Below are positions 55,795 to 64,000 of a stretch of 64,000 bases of DNA, in pieces (the first letter of the stretch is position 1; every line of letters starts with the position of its first letter). The notes beneath the pieces were generated by a model that saw only the letters and a program-made list of their open reading frames with translations, did not search any database and was not told the origin of the DNA. The stretch spans positions 186,001-250,000 of the IMG/VR virus record IMGVR_UViG_3300023174_000033, one strand, 5' to 3'. Position numbers and translations under genes: made by a program.

Positions 55795-57105
55795 ATGTCC
55801 AAATTGATGAATTTGAATGATGTCCAAGATGAAAAATATTTAGAAGAGCTTCTAAATAATGAATTAGTAATAATTGAGGATATACAAGGTAGTAAAATTT
55901 TTGTCAATTGGGATGGTGAAAATTTCATAATCAAGTCAAAGTCTATAAACTCTGACCCAATAAACTTGGTTGATTTAGCTATGCAAAATTATTACAATTT
56001 CGCAATTGATTTTTTTGAGGGATTTGGGGATAGAATTAAAGGATTGATGAATAAGAAATGGTGGTTTGGATTTGAATATTTTCCAGATACTCAACCTGCA
56101 AATATTATATACAATCGTATTCCAAAAAACCATTTAGTATTGAGTTCAATTTGCAAAGGTAACAAATTCTCATATACGGTTGAGGAGTTGGATGAATATT
56201 CAAGGCTATTTGACACAGATGTTGTTCCGGTAATTTTTAAAGGCACATTGGATGAACAAGCAAAGGAAGCTATCAAATACTTCCTAAACACAAGTGAAGA
56301 AGATTTAGAGTATGTTTTCGGTGAGAACTCATTTACATTCTTCTTTTATAAACTTTTGAATCCAAATATGGAGGGTTCTTTTCTAATGGGAGATTCATAT
56401 CAAGACAACCTTGAAAAGCTAATCATAAGAACCCCTAGTAGTGATATATCATTCCAAATACTAAACCCTTTATATAAAAAAATGTCTGAAACAAATTCAA
56501 CTGAATTTGTTGAAGTCTATACTCTAATCTTGGTAAACTTCTTGAATTTTTGCCAGAGTGTTGATTTGTCTAAAATGAAAGTTACTGGAAATAGAAGAGA
56601 TGAAATTTATTTATATTTGATATGTAAAATGTTCAATATTTATTTGTCTGAAATAAAAGAAGATTTGCTGAATTTTGATTTTATAGTGCCGGAGTTTTTT
56701 GACAAGGATAAATTTAGAATAAATTCTGAACTCATACCCAATAAATTGACAAGGAACTATATAAAAGAAGACAAGAAAATTGAATATTGTTTCAAAGTTA
56801 TTTTAGGGTCTTTTAATAAAAAGAGAAAAAAACCTTTGGGTATTTTTACCGAATCTACTATTGATATATTCAATCGTTTTGTTGACTTGATACAAAAGAA
56901 GATTGATGAGCATTTGAATAAGAAGAGTGAGGTTGAATTGACTAAAAGTGGACTTGTTGACTTTGGTGAGTTCTTTGATATAAAGTATGATACCGATAGT
57001 GAGGATAAAGTCTATCCAGACGTTTATAAAGAAATAGAGGCTGGGGCAGAGAATAAAGAAAAGAAAAAGGGTGATAAATTTTCATCCAAGATCACAACAA
57101 AATAA
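55795..57105 (+). CDS. RNA-ligase-like (Rnl2-type fold) protein, apparently lacking the catalytic lysine
   Basis: Motif-I-like EDIQGS (cf. EKxDG), FGFEYF, VVPVIFKG and EKLIIR occur in the expected order. Confidence 0.5.
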   Translation: MSKLMNLNDVQDEKYLEELLNNELVIIEDIQGSKIFVNWDGENFIIKSKSINSDPINLVDLAMQNYYNFAIDFFEGFGDRIKGLMNKKWWFGFEYFPDTQPANIIYNRIPKNHLVLSSICKGNKFSYTVEELDEYSRLFDTDVVPVIFKGTLDEQAKEAIKYFLNTSEEDLEYVFGENSFTFFFYKLLNPNMEGSFLMGDSYQDNLEKLIIRTPSSDISFQILNPLYKKMSETNSTEFVEVYTLILVNFLNFCQSVDLSKMKVTGNRRDEIYLYLICKMFNIYLSEIKEDLLNFDFIVPEFFDKDKFRINSELIPNKLTRNYIKEDKKIEYCFKVILGSFNKKRKKPLGIFTESTIDIFNRFVDLIQKKIDEHLNKKSEVELTKSGLVDFGEFFDIKYDTDSEDKVYPDVYKEIEAGAENKEKKKGDKFSSKITTK

Positions 57106-57146
57106 TTTGAAACTAATTAATTTGGCTAATTATAATTTCGGATAAA

Positions 57147-58361
57147 ATGTCTGATTATAATATCAAATACCTCCATAATTACTTACCTGAAATTCTTGAA
57201 AGTGAATCAACGGCAGATTCGGTTTTGTATAAATCAAACAATCTTAAAACTTCTTATTTAATTGACCTTTCAAGTTATTTCATATCGCAATACCTTTTTT
57301 TGGGGAATGATGAAGTCCCACTATCTAGTAAAATAACCAGAGAGAAATATGGTGAAAACTATAAATTCTACATTGATTATTTAGTTGAGAAACAAATAAT
57401 ACACCTTTATAAAAATTATGTGAAGGGGAAAAGGACTAGATTATATAAATTCAATAAAAATATATTGAATGGTGAAATCGTTGGTTATAAAAACCATGAT
57501 AAATTTCTGATTAAAAAATATCTGAAAACATTTGGTAGATTGGACTCAAATAACAATTCAGATAAAATAGACTATGAAGTTAAAGAAAAACTTGTAAAAT
57601 ATTTATTTTCGGGAGAATTGGAAAAAGAATCTACTGAATATTTACTTAATATCCTCAAAGTTGATAAAGAAGTTTATTTAAGAAATAAACATAGCATTGA
57701 TTGTATAAATCAGAAACAAATCTTTTTCCACTTTGATAATTTTGGAAGAATGCATACAAATTTCACAAACTTGAAATCAATCATTCGTAAAAACTGTCTT
57801 TATATTGATGGTGAAAAATCCCAAGAAATTGATATAAAAAACTCACAACCCCTTTTTCTGAATAAATTAATTCAAGATTACAAATCAACATTTGAGTTTA
57901 ATGAAGAAGAATTACAATTATATCAATACTTGACCATGGGTGGGAAATTCTACAACTATTTGACCGATAACCTCCAAATTGAAAATAAGAAAAAATTAAA
58001 AGATGATGTTTATAAAGTGCTTTTTGGTAGGAATTTTCCAAACAGTTTTGAGAAAAAATTCTCCAAACTCTTCCCTTCAATTTATAACTTTATAAAATTC
58101 TACAAAAAAACAACTGGTAATTATAAAAATTTATCTTATAAATTACAAGAACTTGAGTCTGATTTGATATTTAACAATATAGTTAAGGAGATAATCACAA
58201 AGTACCCTAATATGCCGATAATTACAGTACACGATAGTATTCTATGTGGAAACTCATCCCTACCTTTGGTGTCTGATATATTTAATGAAAAACTTTCAAA
58301 TTACTTTAATATTAACAAAAATACAGAATTTGAAAGTAAATTTCATTTTAATATATACTAA
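57147..58361 (+). CDS. Minimal family-A-like polymerase (TV-Pol-like) with N-terminal winged-helix-like region
   Basis: FGRMHT, motif A EIDIKNSQP, motif B K...KVLFG, LQ..ES, motif C TVHDSI. Confidence 0.65.
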   Translation: MSDYNIKYLHNYLPEILESESTADSVLYKSNNLKTSYLIDLSSYFISQYLFLGNDEVPLSSKITREKYGENYKFYIDYLVEKQIIHLYKNYVKGKRTRLYKFNKNILNGEIVGYKNHDKFLIKKYLKTFGRLDSNNNSDKIDYEVKEKLVKYLFSGELEKESTEYLLNILKVDKEVYLRNKHSIDCINQKQIFFHFDNFGRMHTNFTNLKSIIRKNCLYIDGEKSQEIDIKNSQPLFLNKLIQDYKSTFEFNEEELQLYQYLTMGGKFYNYLTDNLQIENKKKLKDDVYKVLFGRNFPNSFEKKFSKLFPSIYNFIKFYKKTTGNYKNLSYKLQELESDLIFNNIVKEIITKYPNMPIITVHDSILCGNSSLPLVSDIFNEKLSNYFNINKNTEFESKFHFNIY

Positions 58362-58362
58362 T

Positions 58363-58941
58363 ATGCTTAATCTAAAAGATAATAATTTTTCCTGTATAAT
58401 TTTTGACTTGAACTATGGGGATCTTCCATCTTCCGACCGACTGAAATTAATGGAAAAGGCGACGAGTATACTCTATTCAAAGGAATTTACTGTTTATGAC
58501 TTATTCAGAACAAATCTAGAAAAAACTGAAAAATCTTTATTTGGGGTATCAGAAAATTTGGATAATGAGTCACTTCGCCGAAATGCAATCTATATTCTTG
58601 AGACATTTCATTTGGAAAAAGTTATGGTCAAATATCTCGGTGAAAATAATTACACCGAGATAAAGTCAGATGGTTCAGAATATAGATTTGAGTTAATAAC
58701 TAATATTTTGGACGAAGGAGTTGATAATTATTTTATCAATGGGTTTACATTTAGATTTGAAAGAATGAAAAGATACAATTACCCAAGACTAAAACAAAAT
58801 TTGAAAGCTGGCATGGTTGTGGAATATCTTGACAATAATAATAGATGGAAACAAAAAACTATCGTAGACTTGGAAAAAGAATACAATAGTCTTTATAGTT
58901 TGTTGATAAAATATAATAAACTGAGGTACGAAGTATATTAA
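58363..58941 (+). CDS. Hypothetical protein
   Basis: Start moved to MLNLKDN (58363), 5 nt after AATATATA at 58350..58357. Confidence 0.5.
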   Translation: MLNLKDNNFSCIIFDLNYGDLPSSDRLKLMEKATSILYSKEFTVYDLFRTNLEKTEKSLFGVSENLDNESLRRNAIYILETFHLEKVMVKYLGENNYTEIKSDGSEYRFELITNILDEGVDNYFINGFTFRFERMKRYNYPRLKQNLKAGMVVEYLDNNNRWKQKTIVDLEKEYNSLYSLLIKYNKLRYEVY

Positions 58942-59681
58942 TACTGGTACTTGTTTAAAAATCCGGATCTCGGAACAGTGGTAGATATATGAGTTTGTAA
59001 ATCACTCATAGGGTTACTATAATGTTCTAATATTTTTGAATTTCTTTCAACTAATCCGTTTTCTGGGAATTCAGGTCTATGAAACATATGGAAAGCATAA
59101 AAATCCATTTGCTTATAGTTTAACATTTTTTTAACTTTCATGTCTTGGAACCGGTTTACAAAACCATGTCCGAGTATATCCTCGTTCCATCCACCAATTT
59201 TTTCTATAGCAGTTCTTTTGAAAATAGATATACCATCCGTAAGATTTATTTTTGGAGAGAATCTTTTTTGAGAAAAAATTGTTTGAATATCATTGCTACT
59301 TTCAGGTGGAGAAAGTTGTACAATATTTGAGGTTGGGATGATACATTCGTGAGACTCTAAAGCTTTTAATGATTCAATTAAATCATTCGGATGCATAATT
59401 ACATCTGCATCACCAAATACCAAAACCGGTGACATAGTTCTTCTGATAGCCACATTGTAAGCCCAAGCTTTATTAAAAGGATATTCACTTTCAACAAAAA
59501 TGTGTCTACATTTTAAAGTTAAGGTATCAATTTTAGAATGTTTGTCTTGTTCTACGACAAGTATTTCAATTCCGTTAAAACCACTCAACCATTCTACTAC
59601 TCTTTTTAAAGCGATTACCCTATCAGGTCTGTATCTGAATGGTATAACATAAGTGAATTTGGGAACAACAGTATTTTTCAT
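58938..59681 (-). CDS. GT-A glycosyltransferase (GT2/GT7 galactosyltransferase-like)
   Basis: VIPFR...R, VVEQ, FNKAWAYN, DAD (DxD), GGWNE...G.G, H..H. Confidence 0.8.
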   Translation of the reverse strand: MKNTVVPKFTYVIPFRYRPDRVIALKRVVEWLSGFNGIEILVVEQDKHSKIDTLTLKCRHIFVESEYPFNKAWAYNVAIRRTMSPVLVFGDADVIMHPNDLIESLKALESHECIIPTSNIVQLSPPESSNDIQTIFSQKRFSPKINLTDGISIFKRTAIEKIGGWNEDILGHGFVNRFQDMKVKKMLNYKQMDFYAFHMFHRPEFPENGLVERNSKILEHYSNPMSDLQTHISTTVPRSGFLNKYQY

Positions 59682-59732
59682 TAAATAAAGTTTTTTTATA
59701 TTATATTGATGAAGAATGATTAGTTCTTTTGA

Positions 59733-59924
59733 TTATGATAATATAAGCCCTGGGTTTTTGTATCCACCTTGTTGAGCAATTTCTAACATTTGTGTTGGTG
59801 ATAAATTTTCTTTATCCCATCCTTTTCTTCTAGAGTAGTCCGATATGAATCTCTCTCTTAACATATTTGTATCTTCTTGAGAAAGCTTATCATTCTTGAT
59901 CATTTTTTCGTCGTCGTTTTGCAT
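59733..59924 (-). CDS. Small hypothetical protein
   Basis: 63-aa ORF with a TATATATA-type motif upstream. Confidence 0.5.
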   Translation of the reverse strand: MQNDDEKMIKNDKLSQEDTNMLRERFISDYSRRKGWDKENLSPTQMLEIAQQGGYKNPGLILS

Positions 59925-59949
59925 AAGTTTGATATTTTTTTGTATATAT

Positions 59950-59981
59950 AAAAAAAACCTCCCATTTGGGAGGTTTTTTTT
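59950..59981 (-). terminator. Intrinsic terminator after the major capsid gene
   Basis: aaaaaaaacctccc-attt-gggaggtttttttt. Confidence 0.85.
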
Positions 59982-59996
59982 ATAATCAGTTGAAGA

Positions 59997-61787
59997 TTAG
60001 TTAAGAAGATTCTTGCTATCTACAACGGAGATAGTCATGAATTGCTTCTGTGGATACCAACCAACTTCAGCTACTGCGTATCTTGAACGAAGTAACATTC
60101 TTGGAGCGAAAGTTGCTTCAGAGATAAGGTTGATTGATTGAGCCATTAGATAAGGTACGAAAATGATACCAGGTTGATCAGGATTATTCTTCCTACCAAT
60201 AACAATTCTGTTATCATTATACTTCATAAATGGATCTACATAAATCTGAATATCACCAATTTGACCAACTGGATAGAGTTGACCAGAACCGTTGATTTTA
60301 GATTTGGTTGGGTTAATAGTGTAACCAGCGATATCCATAAGAGCTGCTGCGAGACCTCCATTAGTTACTGCGAATTGAGCAGGTCCAACACGACCCTCAG
60401 TTGCAACGTAGTTAGAAGCATGTACCATTTTAGTGATAAGCTTTCTTTGTACAGCGTGGGTAGTTTCACCAGTAACCGCAGTGCTTGCATATGCGGTGTC
60501 AAGGTCAAAAATAGTGTTAGCTGTAGCACCCGGAGTTCCATATGCAGTCTGTGTTGTCATTAATGGAGCGCTCTTTCTGTTTAGATCACCCATTTCAAAA
60601 ATCTTTGAAACAATTTGCTTGGAGATTGTTTGAGATAGTTCATTCACAAGAATAGATTCCATTTTCTGAACGATGTCCATACCGGTGTTAGCTTTGATGT
60701 CTTCAATTTCAGTCCTTCTAAGAGCAGAAGATACTTCGATAGTACCAACAGCAATTGATTTGGAGGAAATTTTAGGACCGATATTACCAGGATAAGTAGC
60801 ATCATCGTCACTTCTCTTCATTGGATAAGAACCAGCAGCATTTTTGGTATCATCTGGACCACCAGCCCAGTTAGATGAGAAACCAGGGATATGATCTTCA
60901 AGAGCAGAAATTAGTTCAATGTTGGTAGCAGTGATTGACTGTGTTCCAATACATTTAATTTGTTGGAGCATTGAAGATGTAGCACTAGTGAAAGTATTTT
61001 GACTAGGATCAAAAGTATAAGCATATGATGGAGAGTTCACTCTTTCAGAATTAGCTTGTCTGTAAGCTCTGAAAATTGGATATCCATCAATACGAGAGAA
61101 TCCTAAAAATTCTGCAGCACCTCCATAAACTGGATTAGTAACCGAACCAGGATCGGTCTGACTAATTTGTCCTAAACCAGCAGTACTAACTCCAGTACCC
61201 CAGAAATTAGCAGCAGAACCAGTAGCTAATGTTAGCCACATTCTACCACCCTGAAGACCATCAGCAGTTTCTCTTATACCATAAGAGGTAAGGAAAGTAC
61301 GTAGGTGAGCTTCTACTTGATCAGTTGTTAAACCAGTTGAAGCTGTGAGTTTGAATACTTGAGGACGACCAGTTGATCCACCGTTAGCAACATCATCATA
61401 TTGGAAGTCAATATAAAGAAGGTCTAATTTTGGTCCTGGTGAAGGTTTTACAGCTACAAGGTCAAGACCGATAGTTTGAGCAGCAATCTTCATAGCAACT
61501 GGAAGAAGGTTTTGGCCTAAATCTCCAGAACCGAAGTTACCTCTATTGTCATAACTTGTACTAGTTTGTGTTGTTTGGTTAAAACCAGGGTATGCAGATG
61601 GTTGTGGTGAAAGTACACTACCCATACCAGCGATGGTAGCGTTTGCGTAAGCATTTTCATTGATTGAGTGGTACTCCGCATATTCTGACATCCAATCTAG
61701 TCTATCTTCGCCCTCAACACCCATGTTTTCTAAAACAGGTGACCACTTTTTAAGTGCTTTCTGTTTGTCAATTCTAATGTGTGACAT
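59997..61787 (-). CDS. gp23: Major capsid protein, T4 gp23-like
   Basis: KKWSPVLE N-terminus, probable maturation site SINE/N, DLVAVKP..GP, EDIKA..G.D, G..FVPY, TFAPR...RSRY. Flanked by a promoter (61813..61820) and a terminator, downstream of the prohead protease. Confidence 0.88.
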   Translation of the reverse strand: MSHIRIDKQKALKKWSPVLENMGVEGEDRLDWMSEYAEYHSINENAYANATIAGMGSVLSPQPSAYPGFNQTTQTSTSYDNRGNFGSGDLGQNLLPVAMKIAAQTIGLDLVAVKPSPGPKLDLLYIDFQYDDVANGGSTGRPQVFKLTASTGLTTDQVEAHLRTFLTSYGIRETADGLQGGRMWLTLATGSAANFWGTGVSTAGLGQISQTDPGSVTNPVYGGAAEFLGFSRIDGYPIFRAYRQANSERVNSPSYAYTFDPSQNTFTSATSSMLQQIKCIGTQSITATNIELISALEDHIPGFSSNWAGGPDDTKNAAGSYPMKRSDDDATYPGNIGPKISSKSIAVGTIEVSSALRRTEIEDIKANTGMDIVQKMESILVNELSQTISKQIVSKIFEMGDLNRKSAPLMTTQTAYGTPGATANTIFDLDTAYASTAVTGETTHAVQRKLITKMVHASNYVATEGRVGPAQFAVTNGGLAAALMDIAGYTINPTKSKINGSGQLYPVGQIGDIQIYVDPFMKYNDNRIVIGRKNNPDQPGIIFVPYLMAQSINLISEATFAPRMLLRSRYAVAEVGWYPQKQFMTISVVDSKNLLN

Positions 61788-61864
61788 AATTTTTTTTATT
61801 TTTTTTGTTATCTATATATTATCCTTAAAAAACTAAATTATTTTCAACCTGGATTTTTTATAGA

Positions 61865-63937
61865 TTATAGATTTTTGAATCTTTCTAAAATTGATTTCAT
61901 TTCATTGTCTGCTAACTTATCTTCTTGTATAACAGGATCCATTGAAACTAATTTCTTTGTACCGGATTCTTTTTTCTTGAGACTTCTAGTCATCCAAAAA
62001 TGTTCAATGTTAGCCTCGGAAGTTAATTCCGGATATAGCCTAGCTTGAGACATGATTGATTTTTTAGAAGACTCATTGAGTTGGGACCAGATTGGCTTTA
62101 TGTTTTCGGGCATCAATCTAATCAATCTTTCTTCTAGGGTTTCATCCTTAGTTGAAAGAGATTCTTGTATTAGTCTTAAAACGTCAGACTGTGAGAAGTA
62201 ACTTTTTTCGTTTATATAAAGTTTAACTTGCTCTTGCTCATCAATTGATAGATTATAAAAATCATCAGATTGACGCTTGCTTAAGAATTTCAAAAAATGC
62301 ATTTCATTTGTTTCGGAAACTTTACGCTTGGTTGCTTCCTGAATTAATTTATCAATTTGCTTGGATAAGTCAGTGTCAGAATTTTTCTCATATGTATGAG
62401 CTTCCTCTTCTTCTTCAGAACTCCAAGCCTCCTTTTCTTCTTCACTTTCTTCGGCCATATCCATATCGGTTGGGTCCATTTCCATGTTGTTGGTTTCCTC
62501 TTCCTCTGTAGCCATCAAATGTGGTAATTCTTCCTCTTCACTTTCTTCAACTTCCATAGGATTCATTTCAAATCCCATTTCCTCTAAAGTTGGAAGTGGT
62601 TTTTGAGATTTACTTTCATTGATTTTACCAGAATTCAAATGCTCGGAAATCATACCAGTGTAAGAAACTGCCTTATCTAAATTTTCAGCAATATACTCTG
62701 AATAAGCGATGTTGTCATCTAGGTGTTCAGCAATATACTCTGAATAAGCAATATTACCCTCAATGTGTTCAGCTAAATACTCTGCATATGCAATTGAGTT
62801 ATCTAGGTGTTCAGCAATGTACTCGGAGTAAGAAATACCTCTATCTAAATTTTCAGCGATATATTCTGAATAAGCAATGTTCTTATCTAAATTTTCAGCG
62901 ATATATTCTGAATAAGCAATGTTCTTATCTAAATTTTCAGCAAGATACTCAGAGTAAGAAATATTCTTATCAAGGTTCTCGGCTAGGTATTCAGAATAGT
63001 CAATATTCTTATCAAGGTTCTCGGCTAAATATTCTGTATAGTTGATAGCCTTCTCTAGGTTTTCAGCTAAATAATCATTATGAGAAATTAATTTCTGTGC
63101 AGTGGATTTCAAATTAGAATTTTCATTTACTACTAATTGTACCTTTTCAGCTAAATAATCAAGATATTTAACGATTTGAGAATTAGTACTATTTAGTTCC
63201 TCATAGTATTCTAAAAGTTGCTCTAATTTCTTTGGATTAATACTACCGCTCTTTACAGCACTTTTTACTTGATTTTTAGTGGTAGATATCTCATTGATGA
63301 GATATTTTGAATAATCCGTCAGTTGTTGTTTGGTAACGAATTCGCTCTTGTTCATATTGAATATATCATTTATTTTGGACTCATCGGACATTTCATATAT
63401 CCTAAAGTTAGCTTTGCCTGAATAGTTTAGAGACTCATTTATTGAACTCATTTTAGCTGACGCGAATCCTGGATCGGCAACAATATCATATGTGAATAAT
63501 TTCTTCAAAGTTACTGTTCCGTCGGCCTCAGTCACACCAGCTGCTCTTGAAGATACAAATACTGGACAGTTATCCTCAACTAGAGCTTTTGCTTCTTTTC
63601 CCCAATAAGTATTGAGTAATTTGATTTGACCCTCAACTCTGTTAGCTTCTTTCACAAATTTTACATTACGTACAATGTGTGAAGATCTAGATAAAGAGGT
63701 GTCAAAAACATCAGGGTGATCAAATTCACCGTATACAACACCCATTGTGTTAATTCTTTCATTTAGTTCCTGTAAACATGGAATAAATTTTTCAGCAGTA
63801 TAAATTCTTTCATTGCGGTTTTTTTTATCAAACTCTGTGAAAATACCCCCTAAAACATACTCCTTTTTACCGTTTTGATTGCTAATACTCTCCTTCAAAG
63901 GATTGGTATTATTTTCAACGATCAAGATTGGTTTCAT
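61865..63937 (-). CDS. gp21: Prohead core protease (T4 gp21-like) fused to a coiled-coil scaffold region
   Basis: GIF......NRNERIY, GEFDHP, VSSRAAG, YDIVADPGF..A, followed by 14-aa repeats and an acidic tract. Confidence 0.88.
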   Translation of the reverse strand: MKPILIVENNTNPLKESISNQNGKKEYVLGGIFTEFDKKNRNERIYTAEKFIPCLQELNERINTMGVVYGEFDHPDVFDTSLSRSSHIVRNVKFVKEANRVEGQIKLLNTYWGKEAKALVEDNCPVFVSSRAAGVTEADGTVTLKKLFTYDIVADPGFASAKMSSINESLNYSGKANFRIYEMSDESKINDIFNMNKSEFVTKQQLTDYSKYLINEISTTKNQVKSAVKSGSINPKKLEQLLEYYEELNSTNSQIVKYLDYLAEKVQLVVNENSNLKSTAQKLISHNDYLAENLEKAINYTEYLAENLDKNIDYSEYLAENLDKNISYSEYLAENLDKNIAYSEYIAENLDKNIAYSEYIAENLDRGISYSEYIAEHLDNSIAYAEYLAEHIEGNIAYSEYIAEHLDDNIAYSEYIAENLDKAVSYTGMISEHLNSGKINESKSQKPLPTLEEMGFEMNPMEVEESEEEELPHLMATEEEETNNMEMDPTDMDMAEESEEEKEAWSSEEEEEAHTYEKNSDTDLSKQIDKLIQEATKRKVSETNEMHFLKFLSKRQSDDFYNLSIDEQEQVKLYINEKSYFSQSDVLRLIQESLSTKDETLEERLIRLMPENIKPIWSQLNESSKKSIMSQARLYPELTSEANIEHFWMTRSLKKKESGTKKLVSMDPVIQEDKLADNEMKSILERFKNL
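62663..63082 (-). repeat. Ten tandem 42-bp repeats encoding YSEY(I/L)AE(N/H)LDKNIA
   Basis: 420 nt = 10 x 42, read from both the translation and the DNA. Confidence 0.9.
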
Positions 63938-64000
63938 TTATAGCAATTTATTTTTATTATATATCTTCTCTAAAAAACCACTATTTTTCAAGAGGGATTT

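Noticed and set aside
212-63045. About 40 short ORFs in the track that overlap long genes (e.g. 2207..2599, 8965..9348, 23431..23736, 34166..34531, 47149..47493, 52505..52852, 60174..60563, 62788..63045)
   Set aside because: They are alternate-frame or antisense shadows of well-supported genes, often produced by coding repeats, and have no motifs or promoters of their own.
62663-63082. 42-bp repeats (and the 18-bp repeats at 10098..10199) as a CRISPR array
   Set aside because: The units are contiguous with no unique spacers, vary at synonymous positions and are in frame within proteins. No cas genes are present.
1-64000. Stop-codon reassignment as in some huge phages
   Set aside because: Long genes are intact in the standard code with high coding density, TAG and TGA end some genes (e.g. 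3792, 14423, 50555), and no suppressor tRNA is seen.

Overview
This AT-rich window (roughly 30% GC by eye) is part of a large T4-superfamily-like (jumbo/huge) phage genome in the standard genetic code. The host is probably Bacteroidota. All family calls come from motif recognition by eye; no database search was run. Virion genes: gp23-like major capsid protein, gp21-like prohead protease fused to a repeat scaffold, gp26-like baseplate protein, and collagen, lectin and very Cys-rich beta-helix fibres. Replication genes: NrdA, gp41-like helicase, DinG-like helicase, the N-terminal half of a split family-B DNA polymerase, a small family-A-like polymerase and a DNA methyltransferase. There is one free-standing GIY-YIG endonuclease. 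RNA genes missed by the ORF track: tRNA-Gln(UUG), tRNA-Glu(UUC) and a complete tmRNA. Four candidate systems stand out. (1) About 18 unrelated proteins carry a T4-type capsid-targeting leader, and the scaffold is built from 10 tandem copies of a near-identical motif. (2) A glycosylation/sulfation module sits among the fibre genes: GT9-like transferase, sulfotransferase, APS kinase, DUF2061 and a 139-aa candidate minimal ATP sulfurylase. (3) A tRNA array alternates real tRNAs with structured RNAs, including a tRNA lacking its anticodon arm. (4) A translation-rescue/RNA-repair set includes a tmRNA with a 30-aa tag, a stand-alone NFACT-R protein, a HAD phosphatase, a nucleotidyltransferase and a degenerate RNA ligase. 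A phage promoter octamer, AATATATA, precedes at least 22 genes.
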